Of a stretch of 64,000 bases of DNA, positions 13,171-27,500 are shown in pieces (position 1 is the first letter of the stretch; every line of letters begins with the position of its first letter). A program made the translations under genes and the position numbers. This DNA comes from Antedon mediterranea (lineage: Eukaryota > Animalia > Echinodermata): assembly GCF_964355755.1 (NCBI RefSeq), contig NC_092678.1, forward strand, positions 18,927,365-18,991,364, written 5' to 3'. The notes under the pieces are model-generated. The model saw only the letters and a program-made list of their open reading frames with translations, did not search any database and was not told where the DNA came from.

Positions 13171-13480
13171 ATTAAAAATTATCTGGTTTTATTGTACATG
13201 AATTAGTAGTTCTTTTTTTAATTAGTTTAATTCACCCCACACTCAACCCCCCCCCCCCCCGCCTCCCCACAACAGATACCCAGACAGCAACCAGCCTTCT
13301 TATTTGTTAACCTTTAATTTACAAATCATTGCACCTAAATCATTAATTGATTTATTTTGCTACTAGAGGTCACAGAAAGGCGCAGAGAGAGCACAAAAAA
13401 TATGATTTGCATGTAGGCTTACCAGGGACAGTCGCTGCCCTTATAAGAGGCTTTATCCTGAGAGGTTTTCCTCTCAAACA

Positions 13481-14034
13481 TTAAAGATGTATTGTCCCTT
13501 GAAACACAAAAAAATGAAGGTCAAAATATTCTAAATTTAAATTGGCCATATCAAAGTAATATTAAAGTTATTCACTTTAAGCGGAAAATTTGCTCCAAAA
13601 ACGACACGTTTACATAATTAACAGGTAAATTAGTTTGATTATATTTGGTCTGGAAAATCATCAAGAGCGAAAGTAAACAAAGATTTCAAAACACGAGTAT
13701 GCATTATGCTATGCTAGTTAGGATTGCTTACAACTCGTACTGGTTGAGAAGGTGTTTTCACACAGATCGCCAGGAAGTTTTATGATTATGCATACAGAGT
13801 AGCCAAACAAGTGTGCTGCATTATGGGATATGTTTTGATTGAAAACTTTGACTGGAAGTCAAAGTTATTTTTTGAACAAAAAAACGTCTGTATTTCAGTT
13901 AAATGATTTTTTTTTCGACTAATTTTTGGTGAAAGTTAATAACTATTATGATAATTCAAAATAACCCACCTTTTTTCGAAATCTTTTATTTTTAATTTTT
14001 TTTGTAATTCGTCAAAGGGATAATACATCTTTAA
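13481..14034. mobile_element. Non-autonomous TTAA-target DNA transposon (Kolobok-like termini)
   Basis: TTAA-agatgtattgtccct ... agggataatacatct-TTAA: TIRs with one mismatch, AG..CT termini inside TTAA. Confidence 0.75.
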
Positions 14035-14094
14035 ACAAAACTACTTCTGCCATAATTGATACAAAGGGTTAAACTACTAAAATGAAAAAAAAAT

Positions 14095-14160
14095 GATCGA
14101 GAATTGAACCTACAAAAACCACTAGCCTAGCCAAAGTACCACACCACTAAGCCAGCCAAC
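14095..14160 (-). repeat. tRNA-derived SINE head or tRNA relic
   Basis: Minus strand has A-box TGGCTTAGTGG and B-box GGTTCAATTC; no intact cloverleaf seen. Confidence 0.45.
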
Positions 14161-16262
14161 CAGTCGGGAAAATTGGTGTTTGTACATGAGGTTATAAAAC
14201 TGTGCATGCATGAGCGAGTTTCAATTGACCAATCAATTGTGTTGATTCTGAATCAATCTGCCTGAATCCTAACCACTTTGTATAAAGTTTACGGTACACC
14301 ACGTATGTAATTATGAAATGCATTATTGGCGTTTCATACACGAGATAGGACAATTAATATTGTCATGTTTTGAGCGACATGTTTAAATCATGGAGATAGC
14401 AACAAACTTGTAAGATTCCGCTTGGAACTCCACTCCAATTAGCCTAAAAATGTTTAGGAGTCAGTTGTGTGGACTTTTTGTGTATTGTGTGTTGTGGCAA
14501 GTTTGAAAAAGGTAAGATTTAGATACATTTTGAATACTGTAACAACTGTACATTGAGTTATAGGAAGGAGGTCATGATATTTGGATTGTGTCGGCGGCAT
14601 ATCCTTACTAAACTGCACGGTAGGCTTTCACAGTACGTAAACGTTACGTATCATGACAGTTATCACGCTAAATTAGATTATTTTGCAAAATTAGGTTCCA
14701 ATCTCAATTAGTTACTATCTCAACATTAAGTTACAGTAACTGACAACAATGCACTTAATTATTATGTTATGTATTGTTTAAAAACAGAAAAGAACTAATA
14801 GTTATTTTGATTTAGATCGAAGCGGAATAACGGAGCCTTACTACACCTACACTACAGTACAGTATTGGGATTAAACTTGTTACAAGGCTCTTTGTTTTGA
14901 TGAAATGCCAAGTGTGCAAAAATCGGGTTTTTTTTTATTATTGTATTCTGATAATGGGTAACTTTCCGTATAAAACCCGTTTAAGTGCGCTGCTGAATAA
15001 CCAGTACCGCAGCGGTCTCTTTGAATGCGGGCGGCGTATATGTGGCTATTATAATAGCACGAACATAAAACAAATGAAGTTGTATAAAGTACCAGAAAAG
15101 TAAAATTCAAGTTACATTACCAATATTAGTCATCTGATAACATTTTTTATCACGCCTTTTTGTTTTCAGAATTTGTTTTACTGTGTAATTTGAACTATCC
15201 CCACACTGACAAGAAAGTGCTTATGTTCAACAAGATCGTGTAACACAATATAAAAGAAAGTTGAAATATGGAAATTATAGATTGATAATTATTAGAATGA
15301 ATGATCAATAGAATTGTTTTGTCCGCACGTGACCTATTTTTAGTTTATTTGTTAAACGTACAAATTGAATCAATTACAAAGATCTTTGTTTTTATACCAG
15401 TATAAAAAACCTCATTTAGTGCCTTTACCGCCAAAAAACAAGTTGTCAAAACAATATTATAATTTGCTTTAATGCACCAAGTAATGGTACTTGTCTGTTT
15501 CCATTCAAGTACAGTTAACAGTAGTTCTTGAATGCATTTCACCAAACATGTTCTCCTTACCATTGGCCTAAAACGTTACAGGATTGTTTACATTGCGGAT
15601 GAACAAATAGTTTCAACATTAATTGGTGTTTCCTGTATTTATTGTTACTTATAATCTCAAATTCCTGGGGTGGACGATTTAGAATTTCTTATGAAGAAAT
15701 ATTTTTATTGCTATCCTTTTCACCGTCATATGATCACTTTTACATTAAAAAAACACACCAATAAGTATTTAGAACTTCAAACCGCAATGTTGCTGTAAAT
15801 GATTTTTCAGTAATCGATATCGTCCTTTTTCATATTTAAGTAGGCTAGGTACAATAAACACAAACTTCTATGAACGCACTCTGACCATATTCATGGTATG
15901 TCCCATGACTTGTCGCAGAGAATATATGAATTATAAAGTAATTTCTTTTCCAATTTCCAGATCACCGGCTTTTGAAATCGTCTCCTATATATTAACACTA
16001 GCAGTTCCCAATCCAAGAGATAGTTTCAACCAATCTAATTATTGGTGTTTTATTTAGGAGTGCTGCATAAGGATAGACTTATTAAGAGTCTATTTCCGAT
16101 ACGTACAGGTACTAATGATTAGTTTATTTAGTACCATAACACAAACCAGCCTACTTGTTAACGACACCGTTTGTATTCCGGAAAAATACAAGTAATACTG
16201 TACCTTTACTTATAGTTAAGGAAGCACTTACGTGTATTGAGTCTCATATAAAAACACAACTA

Positions 16263-16876
16263 AAACTAGAAAGCCACTCTGAGAGCGCATACCTCCGCCT
16301 ACTGCAAAATTCTCCTACATAAGATTTCTCCGGGAAATATATATATACATTATATAGAATGCTGTGTGTGATTTAGACTAATTTCACTACAAGCATGTGT
16401 ATGCGAATTTGGTGTAACGGTTATGTAGCCAGCCTTTCAACTAACAATAGATTCTGTTGACCAACAATAGAACAGCCACGCCAAAAACAAACGGGTGAAT
16501 TTGAAAAGAAATAGGGTTTTGAAAACTACTCTTATCACAAAACCTGTAAATTAAATCAATTAACAAATCACAAATTATAACTCTTGCCTCTTGTACAAAT
16601 TTTGGACAAGTAGTTCTCGAGAAAATGCAATTTCAATTTACTTGTTACTTTAAGACTGCTCGCCGGCTTTTGAAAAATTCTGTCCTATCTTAACACTAGC
16701 AGGTCTGAAAAATATACTAAAAAAGTGGTCCAGAATTGGGACCGTGGTCCCAAAATTTAATGAAATGGTCCTTGAACACATATCTATCTGTATAAGATCT
16801 TGTAATTACTTTTTGAGTAATCCTGCTAACAAACAAACATGTTCGATTATATATACCTCCTTGGCGGAGGTAAAAA
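16263..16876 (-). mobile_element. Non-autonomous Helentron-type (HINE/DINE-like) element
   Basis: Minus-strand 5' end tttttacctccgccaaggaggtata; 3' end ggcggaggtatgcgctctcagagtggctttctagttt; asymmetric subterminal IR tacctccgcc (16290) / ggcggaggta (16863); flanked by T-runs. Confidence 0.8.
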
Positions 16877-17787
16877 ACAATATTTTCACCTGCCCACCCT
16901 ACTTAAATAACAACAGCTTTGTGAGTTGCTTCGAATACTGTATTTCTTTTTAAAGACTCATTATTTATTAAAATAATACATTCTCACTCTTAAAGGAATA
17001 ATGTTGAGTATACTGAAAATGAATGGTTGCAATTCTGTTCTTTCATTTTAAATGTTATGTGTGTGTGCAGAGAAACAATAAAAACAAACAAACGTAACAT
17101 GCTATTGATGGGATTCAAAGAAAACCAATTTAGAACTATCGTGAATTGCGATTTCTCCCGGGCCAACTTGCACAATTACACATTATAATATTGAAACGAA
17201 ATAAATAGACAATTACTGGGAGTAGTATCAAAAATACAAGTACACATCTACTTTTCTGTTGCAACGACTACGTATTGCAGTAGGTCAAACAAACACACAC
17301 TCTCTTCTTTGTGGCTGATTCTCTGAATTAAAAAAAAATAAGTGGGGGGGGGGGACTTTTTGTGAAAGTTATAATGTATTACAATGATAATGATATGGCC
17401 AAGTAAATTGAAAGCATTAATTTAAACAAAAATAAAAATTCTTTATTTTTTTTATACACACCATTTACACAAAACTACCAGGTAACTTGCAATTTACTTA
17501 TCTAACATCATAAACCCAGACCCATTCATATTACATATTTCTTTTTCCTTTTATTCATTTAATTTTAGAACGACCGTAAATGACTATGCAAATCCGGTAT
17601 TACCGTATTTGTTGTTTATAAAAAAAAACTTCAACCGTTAGAAACACAGAAAAAACTAGATTTAAATGTCATTATATAAATTAGGTTTTTAGAAGATTGT
17701 TATTAAACTATTTATAGAATAGTTTTCCAGGAGTTACAGGAACAATTAAATCAAGAACAACAATTACAGAACACTTTTTTATTAAAT

Positions 17788-17974
17788 AACCAATCAGACG
17801 CGCTTATTATATCCAAATGTAGTAGAAAAGTAGCATATATATAAGAAGATATAGTAAAAAGTATTACCTTTTTGCAAAACCTGTGCCTTTCAAATTAAAA
17901 GCTGGAAAACCTTAACTCGACTTCTTACAGCTTAAGTTTTCAAGTTTGCTTCCAAAGGTATGGTTGTTATTTTG
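17788..17974 (+). promoter_or_regulatory. Candidate promoter and 5'UTR exon of aGPCR-B
   Basis: ccaatcag at ~17790, TATATATAAG at ~17836, strong donor TTG|gtaagt at 17974; the start-codon exon has its own acceptor at 21480 and so needs an upstream exon. Confidence 0.4.
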
Positions 17975-18600
17975 GTAAGTAAATATGTTATGTTGCTGGA
18001 TACTAGTATAATTCTAATCAATTTACTTTCTTTTAAATACCCCTTTTCACTTCAACATTGTTTAAGCAGTGAGCGTGTATCTATTGGAAGACCTTGCAAC
18101 ACTTTTAGTTATTATTTGCGATTAAAAAAAATTCAGGTTCAACAATTTGGCCTAATTAGGGGTGTGTTCTGAACGTGGTATAGCATGTCTAATGGTTGTC
18201 GATACTAACACATATCCCCACACAATAATTGTTTTTAATTGCTTAAAAAAATTGCATAAAATACGTTAGTTGGGTTGTCTAAAAGTCGTAGATGACATCA
18301 TATCAACTTTAGTCATTACACCTTATTTGGTATAAAATAAGTGTAACTTATAAGTAAATATGTCGTAACAGGTTTAATTTTTTTTTTTTTTTTTGATATT
18401 ATATTTAATAATTCAAGAAATAATGATTTATTATTCATAATTTTTGTAGTAGGCCTGTAGTAAACATTTAGTGTACGTAAAATATAGTCTGAAATGCTAT
18501 ATTTATATAAAACAGGGCCTATCGGGTATTAAATACATAATTGTTTTGAGGATAGGGATTGTGACTAAATTCAGTTTTCCTCTCTGTAGTTGATTTAGCT

Positions 18601-20199
18601 TCTATATATAAATTTACGTAAGGGCAAAATTCGGTAAATCGCGCCTTACTTCTAGAATTTTCACTCGATGGTATGTAAAGTTGGTTCGTACTTTCGGTAC
18701 TGATTTTAACCGCCTGATGTAACCCTGTTTACTAATTAAATTGAGTTAGATAATTAGTTATTGACGATTAAAACGAATTTAGGTTCAACGATTTGCCCCA
18801 AATAGGGGTGTTTTCCGATCGTGGTATACACTGTCTAACTCGATGGTATGTAAAGTTGGTTCGTACTTTCGGTACTGATTTTAACCACCTGATGTAACCC
18901 TGTTTACTAATTAAATTGAGTTCGATAATTAGTTATTGACGATTAAAACGAATTTAGGTTCAACGATTTGCCCCAAATAGGGGTGTTTTTAGATCGTGGT
19001 ATACACTGTCTAATGGATGTCCGTCTTGAAAAATACCCGCAGACAATAATACGAGGATGCTTCGCATTTTCCTATCTCCTCCTACGATAGTTGTTTTTAA
19101 TGGCTGAAAACCGGCTGAACAGCTCGAGTACAGCATCATAATGTTGAAGACAGGCCGATTTTCTTTTAAAAATTCTATTTTGATAGATTTAATATACGTT
19201 TATACAAATGTATTTATTTGCGATGAATGGAACATTCCAATCTCTGTTCCACAAGTGTCTATTCCCTCAGGCGTCGTAAAGGCAAGTACTGTATGACTCA
19301 TAACAGAAATTCGATCCATTTTTTTTTCAATCTGTGCAGCTGCAGAGGTTGGATATACATTTTTTTTAAACGGATAATGAGCTAGCGTTTTCAGTCGCCG
19401 TATATTATGTTCCAATCTTTATTATTGCAGTTAAACCACCCACATCATCACCCTTCCCTCACTGGCATGAGTAGCGTTGTAAAGCCAGTAGAGGATAGGC
19501 CTACGGTGCATCACATGCCATAAACGCAGAACAACTTTGGTGGGTAGGGTAGGAACCAACTTAAGTATGAATTGGCTCTAAAAAACAATTAAAAACCATT
19601 AGGCCTACTAATTAAGTTGAGTTAGATAATTTAATATTTATTGACGATTAAATCGAATTTATGATTTTCCCCGAATAGAAGTGGTTTTCACAAATTGTTT
19701 TACATTATATAAACATGTCGTAGTGATGTATCATGTACTATTTCAATCGACTAGGACGGTGATAGTTTCAACAAAGTATTACATCGCAATGTTTTACTGT
19801 GTTTAGTGGTATATTATTTGTAAAACATGAAAACAATTAATATTTCGTTACTAAATGGATAAAGAATATATTTTAAAATTGTTCCTCTTTGCACCCATCC
19901 TCTTCCCCATCCCTCAACCCTAATGTTACATACAAAAGACAAATTAAGTTTGCTTAAATTTGACTTAAACAATTGGTCTCATTATGTGAGAAGTAATTCC
20001 CAGGGTGCTAATTTTAGTTGAGTACATAAATCAGTGTCTATTTATTCGTTCCTAAACGACATGTATTATTGTACGTACATTTGAAATCGCCAGTTTTTTA
20101 ACGCTGAAATTATTATGTATTCAAGAACCATCTGTGGGCACGACCTAGATGGTGGGCACGACCTAGATGGTACGCGAGCGAAGCGAGCGTACCATCTAG
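18601..20199 (+). mobile_element. Non-autonomous Helitron-like element, unit 1
   Basis: 5' TCTATAT; 3' GC hairpin ctagatggtacgc...gcgtaccatCTAG; internal 175-bp tandem duplication (18663-18837 / 18838-19012). Confidence 0.72.
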
Positions 20200-21185
20200 T
20201 CTATATTAATTTACGTAAAGGCAAAATTTGGTAAATCGCGCGTAACTTGTTTAATTTCTATTCAATGGTATAGTAAAGTTGGTACACACTCTCGGAACCG
20301 ATTTTCAACACCTAATGCAAACCTGTTTAGTTAGATAATTAGTTTTTAAAACGAATTTATTTTGTTATGATTTCCCCTACACTGTCCTGTCTAATCGTTT
20401 TCGATGCTGAAACACCCGCACACAATAATACAACCTCCTTTTCTACAAAAATTGTTTTTAATAGCTGAAAACCGGTTAAACAGCTCGAGTACAGCATCAT
20501 AGTGTGAAGACAAACCAACTTTATTTAAAACGTACTATTTTATCAATTTAATATACGTTTATACAAACGTATTGTTTGGCGATGGTTGGAACATTCCAAT
20601 CTATTTTCATAGTGTCAATTCCCTCAGGCGTAATAGCCTAAATCAGTGTCCAACAAAAACCAATACACTCATGAGTATTACCAGTCCTAGTTTACAAAAT
20701 CCCATTACTGTTAAGACGTAGTGTTAAGCTTTCGAGAGAACAGTTTCTTAATGCTTTCGTCCTCTTGAATATCTGCCTAAGGCCGCGGCGCAAAAATTAT
20801 ACATGTTGATAGTAAAATACATTAAAGCATTGTCGGTCGCCATGTGAATCGCCGATTTGTTTTACTGTTAGTGTGGGTACACTATCAGATACATGAACAC
20901 ATTATGCAAATCAATTTTATTAATGAGAGTTGTTTCTCAACAATGTTGTATAATTAAAAATAAATTTAAATATATATATATGTGTTTAGAGGTACGTTAT
21001 TATAAAACAAATAACGTTCTTTACTGGTGAATAAATAATATAATTTGAAACAATCATACCAAACACAAATTTGTTTTGTTTAAATTTGATTTAATATTAA
21101 ACTTGGACTAATTTTGTTACAAGTATTCTGTTGGAGGTAATTCCAATGTTGCTAAATTTAGTCTACATAAAAAACAGTGTATCTC
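20200..21185 (+). mobile_element. Helitron-like element, unit 2 (diverged, head-to-tail with unit 1)
   Basis: Starts TCTATATTAATTTACGTAAAGGCAAAATTTGGTAAATCGCGC, homologous to 18601 onward; similarity resumes at ~21070-21185 against ~19945-20040. Confidence 0.68.
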
Positions 21186-21529
21186 AACAGTTGTTGGCCA
21201 ACGGAAGTTAAGTTATCAGTAATAACTTGCTTTATTTGTAAGATTATTTCATCGTCATCTCTATCCGTCAGGCTACTTTATATTGTCTATTTAGGCTGAA
21301 TACTCATCTGTTAACTCTTACTTAACTTAACTATTCTAGTTAATCATCGGTATTATTTTGAACCACCTTGTACTTTAAACAAATCATAATAAACTGAACG
21401 TTAACTATTATTTGTGCACATCCAAACATTTTCAAATTATGTTGCAGATATTGTTATGAGCGAAATGTTTTTTCCTTCAGTTTTGATTGTATTAGATGAT
21501 TAGTGTACTACTACTATATTTACACGAAC

Positions 21530-21587
21530 ATGTTACTAAAATGTCTGATTTTGGTATTTGGACTTTGCAATCTTGTCAATTCACAAA
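21530..21587 (+). CDS. aGPCR-B signal peptide exon
   Basis: ATG TTA CTA AAA TGT...TCA CAA A|gtgagt; hydrophobic 19-mer, phase 1 matches first MAM exon; acceptor ccttcag ends at 21480. Confidence 0.8.
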
Positions 21588-24500
21588 GTGAGTATTTTTC
21601 TTCCCTGTTAGTTTTGTTTTGCATTTCTCTACGTGATTATTTTAATACTTGTTTGTAGCCCAGTGCCTGCAAAAGTTCAAACAAGAACAGCTTACTTGTT
21701 GTAAAGGCCAAGGAACAAAATCATGTGGTTTTATCCCATGCCTGTCACCTTTATTTTTTACATTTTGGGATGCTTGATCCAATTTACTGGAACAAGATTT
21801 ATAAAAAAAATGACCTTTCCTCTCCTGACATGACTTTATATTTATAACTGTGTTTATATGTTCTTAGTCATACAACCAAAACAAATGCGCACATGTTGCA
21901 CACACGTATCTATTTATAATATTTATTTTAGAAACGATAAAGATGATTTATGCTTATAAATGTATTAGAATGAGTAAATGTATCAAGTAGTCAAGAATAA
22001 TGATGTTGAATAATGTATTAAGCACAGAAATAATATTAAAACAAAAACGCATACTTATGAGTTAGATAATGTTACTGTAAATTAGCAATACAAATAGAAT
22101 GACGTAAATAAAGTTTAATATGTATTTTAGATAAGATATGATTTAGTTGACGATTCTGTCTGAATTCAAATTTGTTCGTACTGTTAAAGGATAACTTTAC
22201 CGAGAGCCATAGTTTTTGACAACGTATTAGGGATGTACAGAATTTTCATTCCAATTGCGATATTTACGATACCGCTGCGCGCGCTCACCGTACAGCCGTC
22301 GGCGTAAATTGCTGGACGTCAAGAGTGTTGAGAAAATGACCTCATGAGTTTTAACTGTTGTTAATATACAAGAGATAGGTAACAGTCATTTTAATTACTA
22401 ATTTGACCTGTATTAGGCTTAAATTAGCCAAAATTTTTAGTCTGTTAGTCGAAAAAACACTTCAATCTCTACATTATCAGACTTTATGTGACAAAAAATG
22501 TGATGTGCCCATATATGGACATGATAATGTCATATCACTGCCATAATATAATATAAGGGCAAAGGACAATTTTGTTGTCTTGCAAACTCTTATTGAATAG
22601 AGTATTCTTTATTGTTTTGTTTCTCTAACTAACAATTCCTCAAATGTTACCCAAAATTGCATCATTGATTATAATTCACAATTAAATTAATTGGGTTTTG
22701 TTTTTAAATAAACAAAGTCGGTACCAATTATTATGTACATATTCTATAGTTTCTGTACAATCAAACATTTGAGAAACCGAATTCTGGCCAAACGAAATTT
22801 ATTCAAGCGTTTAGTTTAAGCGTTTAGTTCAAGCGTTTAGTTTCTGTACAATCAAACATTGAGAAAGTCAATTTTGGCCAAGCGAAAGTTATTCAAGCGT
22901 TAAGAGGAATCAAACTAGTCATGTCGCAACCGCAGTATGAAACATTTGATTTAACAGAGCTCAGAATCCTTGATATAATCAGAACTTTGAATTTCAATTA
23001 ATACTTACTTGTTAACAATTAACACTTACTTGTTAACAATTAACAATTAAGTATTGTCAATAACTATGTTCTACTCTAGATAATAACAGTTTTTTTGTGT
23101 GTTAAATTAGGTTCTATAACTTGTAGCTTTGATGTTGATTTTTGTGGATGGGACCCGTATCCGGAGAGTGATTCCTACTATACACCGTGGCAACTTTCTA
23201 ACGAGACAACTGATAATAGTATCAACCCTGGTCCAGGTAAACTTTTTTGTTATTGTTTTTATTAACCTAACTATATATAACTGCATTGAAACACTGCTTC
23301 TCGTCAGATTACCGAAGTTAAGTAACGTTGGGCCCGGTTGCGCTCTGAATGGGAGACCGTCTCGGAATCACGTCCGGAGAGTAATGGTGTAATGGTAATA
23401 TCTGTACTAATTTAAACTGATTGCGTCCTTACAAGAAACTTTACTCTCCTCTACGTTGGCTCGAGATTTGGATGGGACGTAAAGTCGTTTGTCCCGTGTA
23501 CATATAGTGCACGTTAACAAATTTTATTAGAAAAGTTTTCCGGTGTGCTGACCACTTGTTTTCTTATTTACAGGCGACTTCTATGCTTTCATTAAAAACC
23601 ATGAAAATAGTTTTTTTGGAGCGAGAGGATATATGTGGACCTCAGCGATACCATCGAGATGGGATGATTTCTGCGTTAAGTTTAACTACTATTTGAGTGA
23701 TAGAAGTGATAATATATTAATTGAACAATATAACTCATTTACATACAAATATTTTCGCTTCAGAAGTACAGGATGGCAGCAAGGTCAAGTCAGCCTTACC
23801 ACTGGTACGGGTTTTAATCGCCTGAGATTCTCTGGAGAAACAAATAGAAACATTGTAGCTATCAACAACGTTAACATCAGTAGAGGATCATGTGAAGGTA
23901 AATTGTTAAAATTGTGTTAATAATTGAAAACTCAAAACAAAACATCATAATAAACCAAGATTTTCTATAATAAGAATAAAAAGGATGAGCAAAGAATGAT
24001 TATAAAATGACGATTATGATACAATTATTTTATTGTTTTATGCGAATTAAAAGTAAAATAGATGCTGCTAAGATATGAACTCTGTACAGAAAATGCCATC
24101 GAGGCTTTATTTTCTGAAATGAAATAGGCCTAATAAATCAAATTTAGATCCAAGTTCCGATATTGTATTAACAGAGTAAATTTTCGAAAAACCGAGAAGA
24201 TAAACATCGCTCTCTGCTGTAATCGATGACTTGGTTGCATGTCTATTTTTTGATATTCAGTAAATTAGATATTGATATAATTACTTTTTTGTTTTAGTTT
24301 TATGCGAATTAAAAGTTATCTTTGAAATGTGCTATCCTTTCATGAGATAACATTATTTGAATCAACAGAATCTTGGTCTTTCTTAATACTTCTGTATATT
24401 TTTATTGTCAAATTAGTAGATGCATAAATATTAACATCTCGTTTAAATAATTATTATATATATTATATTGACAATAAACATTAACATAAGTATTTATTGC

Positions 24501-27500
24501 GTAATAGATTGTGTGAAAAATATTTATCTAACAACAAGTGAGGCTATCAACATAACATCCCCATATTACCCAGAAAACAATGACATTCAATATCGTTGTG
24601 AGTGGATTGTGGAAAGTCCGAAAAATACAGGAATTCTACTCACGTTTTATGACTTTGAGCTACGGAGCTGTTGTGACTTTGTGAATATCACCTATTATGA
24701 CACCATTGGCAATACCATGACTGGATTTTACACTGGAAGAAATGTTTACAATATTCTGGCTAAAAGTTACTTAAGTATAATATTTCAATCTAACTACAAC
24801 GGTGTTAACAGAGGATTTTCTCTAGAACTGAAAGTTATTGACATAGGTATGTTTACTTTTATGTATGTTTTTTAGTAATTAACACTAGTTTTCCATTACA
24901 TTTTCATTGTTTACAATTAGGTATTTTATGTTGTTTTTTAATAAATGTCAATAAAATTTAAATATCTTTCTTTAGAATGTTCTGGATATTTGTGCTTGGA
25001 TGGTTCTAATCTTGGTGTTTGCTTAAATGGATCTTTAGTTTGTGATGGAACTGATGATTGTGGTGATTTTTCGGATGAAAGACATGGATGCACAGACCGT
25101 AAGTAAGATAATTATAAGGAAAACAGCATCTGAAAATGCTATTATGGGTCAGAATATGGATTCCGTAGTATTAAAGATGTTTTTAGATTCATTACCCCTA
25201 GTATAATCAAAATACACTTATAGACAATAAGTAGCTCAGGCACGTACAAAAAAGGGGCGTTGGAGTATATACTGGTCATATGCGCACAGTTTTTCTCCTC
25301 TAAATACAGAGGATTGAGAGGAGGAACTATTTAGTGAACAAGAATGACTCGGGAAAACAAATATAACACTTGTAACGCGCTATACATAGGTGGTCATTAT
25401 GTTTTATTTCCAGAGTAGATAAAGGTTTTAAACAAGGTAGTCTGATGAGAATAAGATGCTCGTCTCTATCCTTTGCCATACAAATTGGACATGTTTATAA
25501 TAGAGTCAGACGCCCAATTTTGTGTTTATTTATTGTACTGTATATGCATACCACACTTTGATTTGATAGAATAATTTCGTTTTGGTGTTTTGCTAAAACA
25601 TTGTTTGTTTATTTTGTATTTGGATTACTTCATGAGAATATTACTGGAATCACAAGGTCTCGCCTGTAAAAATAGTGTTTCCATAATTAGTACCCACCAC
25701 AACGGTCAAGTGGTGGCATGGAGGAATGTATTTGGGATATATTCTTTGGTATAAATAGCGTCACATAATCGTACTTAAACCAATTATTATTTAGATGAAT
25801 GTATATGCTGGATGGTTTTTGCATTCCCGTACAGGCAATTGGTAAACATTGGAAAGATAAATAATAAATTAAATATCCGGTAAAATAAAAAAAAGCTTTC
25901 ATGCTGTTTATTGGTTACTTATTTTATTTGTATGCCTATCGAGATCCATTATGAATTATTTGCTCCATATATGTTCATTGGGTCATTGTGTATATATAAT
26001 TCTAATGGTTCTAAATGAAATGCAGGTTTCCTATACTGTTAGTATCAATTCGTCTTATTGTATTTATGGCGTTGCAAATTAAATTAGTTTTCAATAATTG
26101 TTTTCATAGTGTTTTAAGTTCTTTTTTTTAACGTGTGCGTGTATATGCTACTAAATAAAAAAGTGGTGACTTTTTTGTCAAATTAGGTTCTATAACTTGT
26201 AACTTTGATGTTGACATGTGTGGATGGGACCCGTATCCGAATAGTATTTCGTATACAACATGGCAACTTTCCAACGAGACAACTGATAATACTATCAATC
26301 CTGGTCCGGGTAAGTTTTCATTTTTAGGATTATAAATAGATATTGGAATATATAGAATTGTAAATACTGTGTACCCCAATATATGGCGTGCCAAGCTGTC
26401 ATTTATTCAAGCAATAGAGATATCTTGGTTTTTAATAGAGATATCTTTATTTCCGAATGACATCTTGCCATAGCAATACAGTACTGTGTCTAGCTAGACA
26501 CATTTTAAACAGAATTGATTTCTATAATAATCTTACTGAACAGGACGAACTTATCCAAAAAATCCTGATTAAAATCCGTGTTTTTTATTAAGCTTTTATA
26601 CAAAGGTTAAACATACAAAAACACAGGCTTGATTTTTAAACACTTACCTACTTGTTTTCTTATTTATAGGCGATAACTATGCTTTCATTCAAAAGTCTGG
26701 ATCTCAGTCAAATGCAAAAGGATATATATGGACCGCATCGATACCATCGAGTTGGGGTGATTTCTGTGTTAAGTTCAACTATTATTTGAGTGATACTAAT
26801 GATCGTATTGAAATTGAACACTATAGTTCGTTTGACAATTCGGTTGCAACTAAAAGGTTCTACTTTACAAGCACAGAATGGAAGTTAGGCCATGCTAGCT
26901 TTTCCACGAGTACACCTATCAACCGTCTGAGATTCTATGGGAGAACATATGAAAACATTGTAGCTATCAACAACGTCAACATCAGCAGAGGAACATGTGA
27001 AGGTAAAATGTTAAAATTGGGTATTATTGTTAATATTGTTACTGTTATTATTGTATTATTTAACAAAAAACGCAAACAAAATGTATTAACAAGATGCCCT
27101 ATAATGATAATTAAAATTACTGTTAATAATAAAGATAATTATAAAGGAAATGGCTTTGAGGATTTATTTTCTGAAATTAAATAATACGAACGAGTTCAGA
27201 CATGTAAATTGTCCAGTTCTCACCGCTAGAATTGTTTTACTTGAAAATAAGTTTTATACGAGCATATTTACACACTCCGTTTCTAAAGTGAGCATATTAA
27301 TCTAGTAAACTATATAAATTAGATAATGATATATAATGTTGGTTCTATTTTAAATATAGTTATTTTAAGAATGCTCTGTGTTTTCATCGTAAAGTATACA
27401 CATATTTGAATCAACATAATAATTTGTCTTTCTTTTTACTTTATTATTATTAATATTATTTGTATTATTATTTCTGCTGTTATTGTTATTGCTGCTGCTG

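Noticed and set aside
22747-23050. CRISPR-like repeat array
   Set aside because: Eukaryotic intron; short tandem duplications with no unique regular spacers
23268-23385. Functional 5S rRNA gene
   Set aside because: Diverged at both ends, no terminal helix or oligo-T terminator, and it continues into a SINE-like body
25440-25470. Hammerhead ribozyme (ctgatgag...ctc)
   Set aside because: No GAAA after the stem
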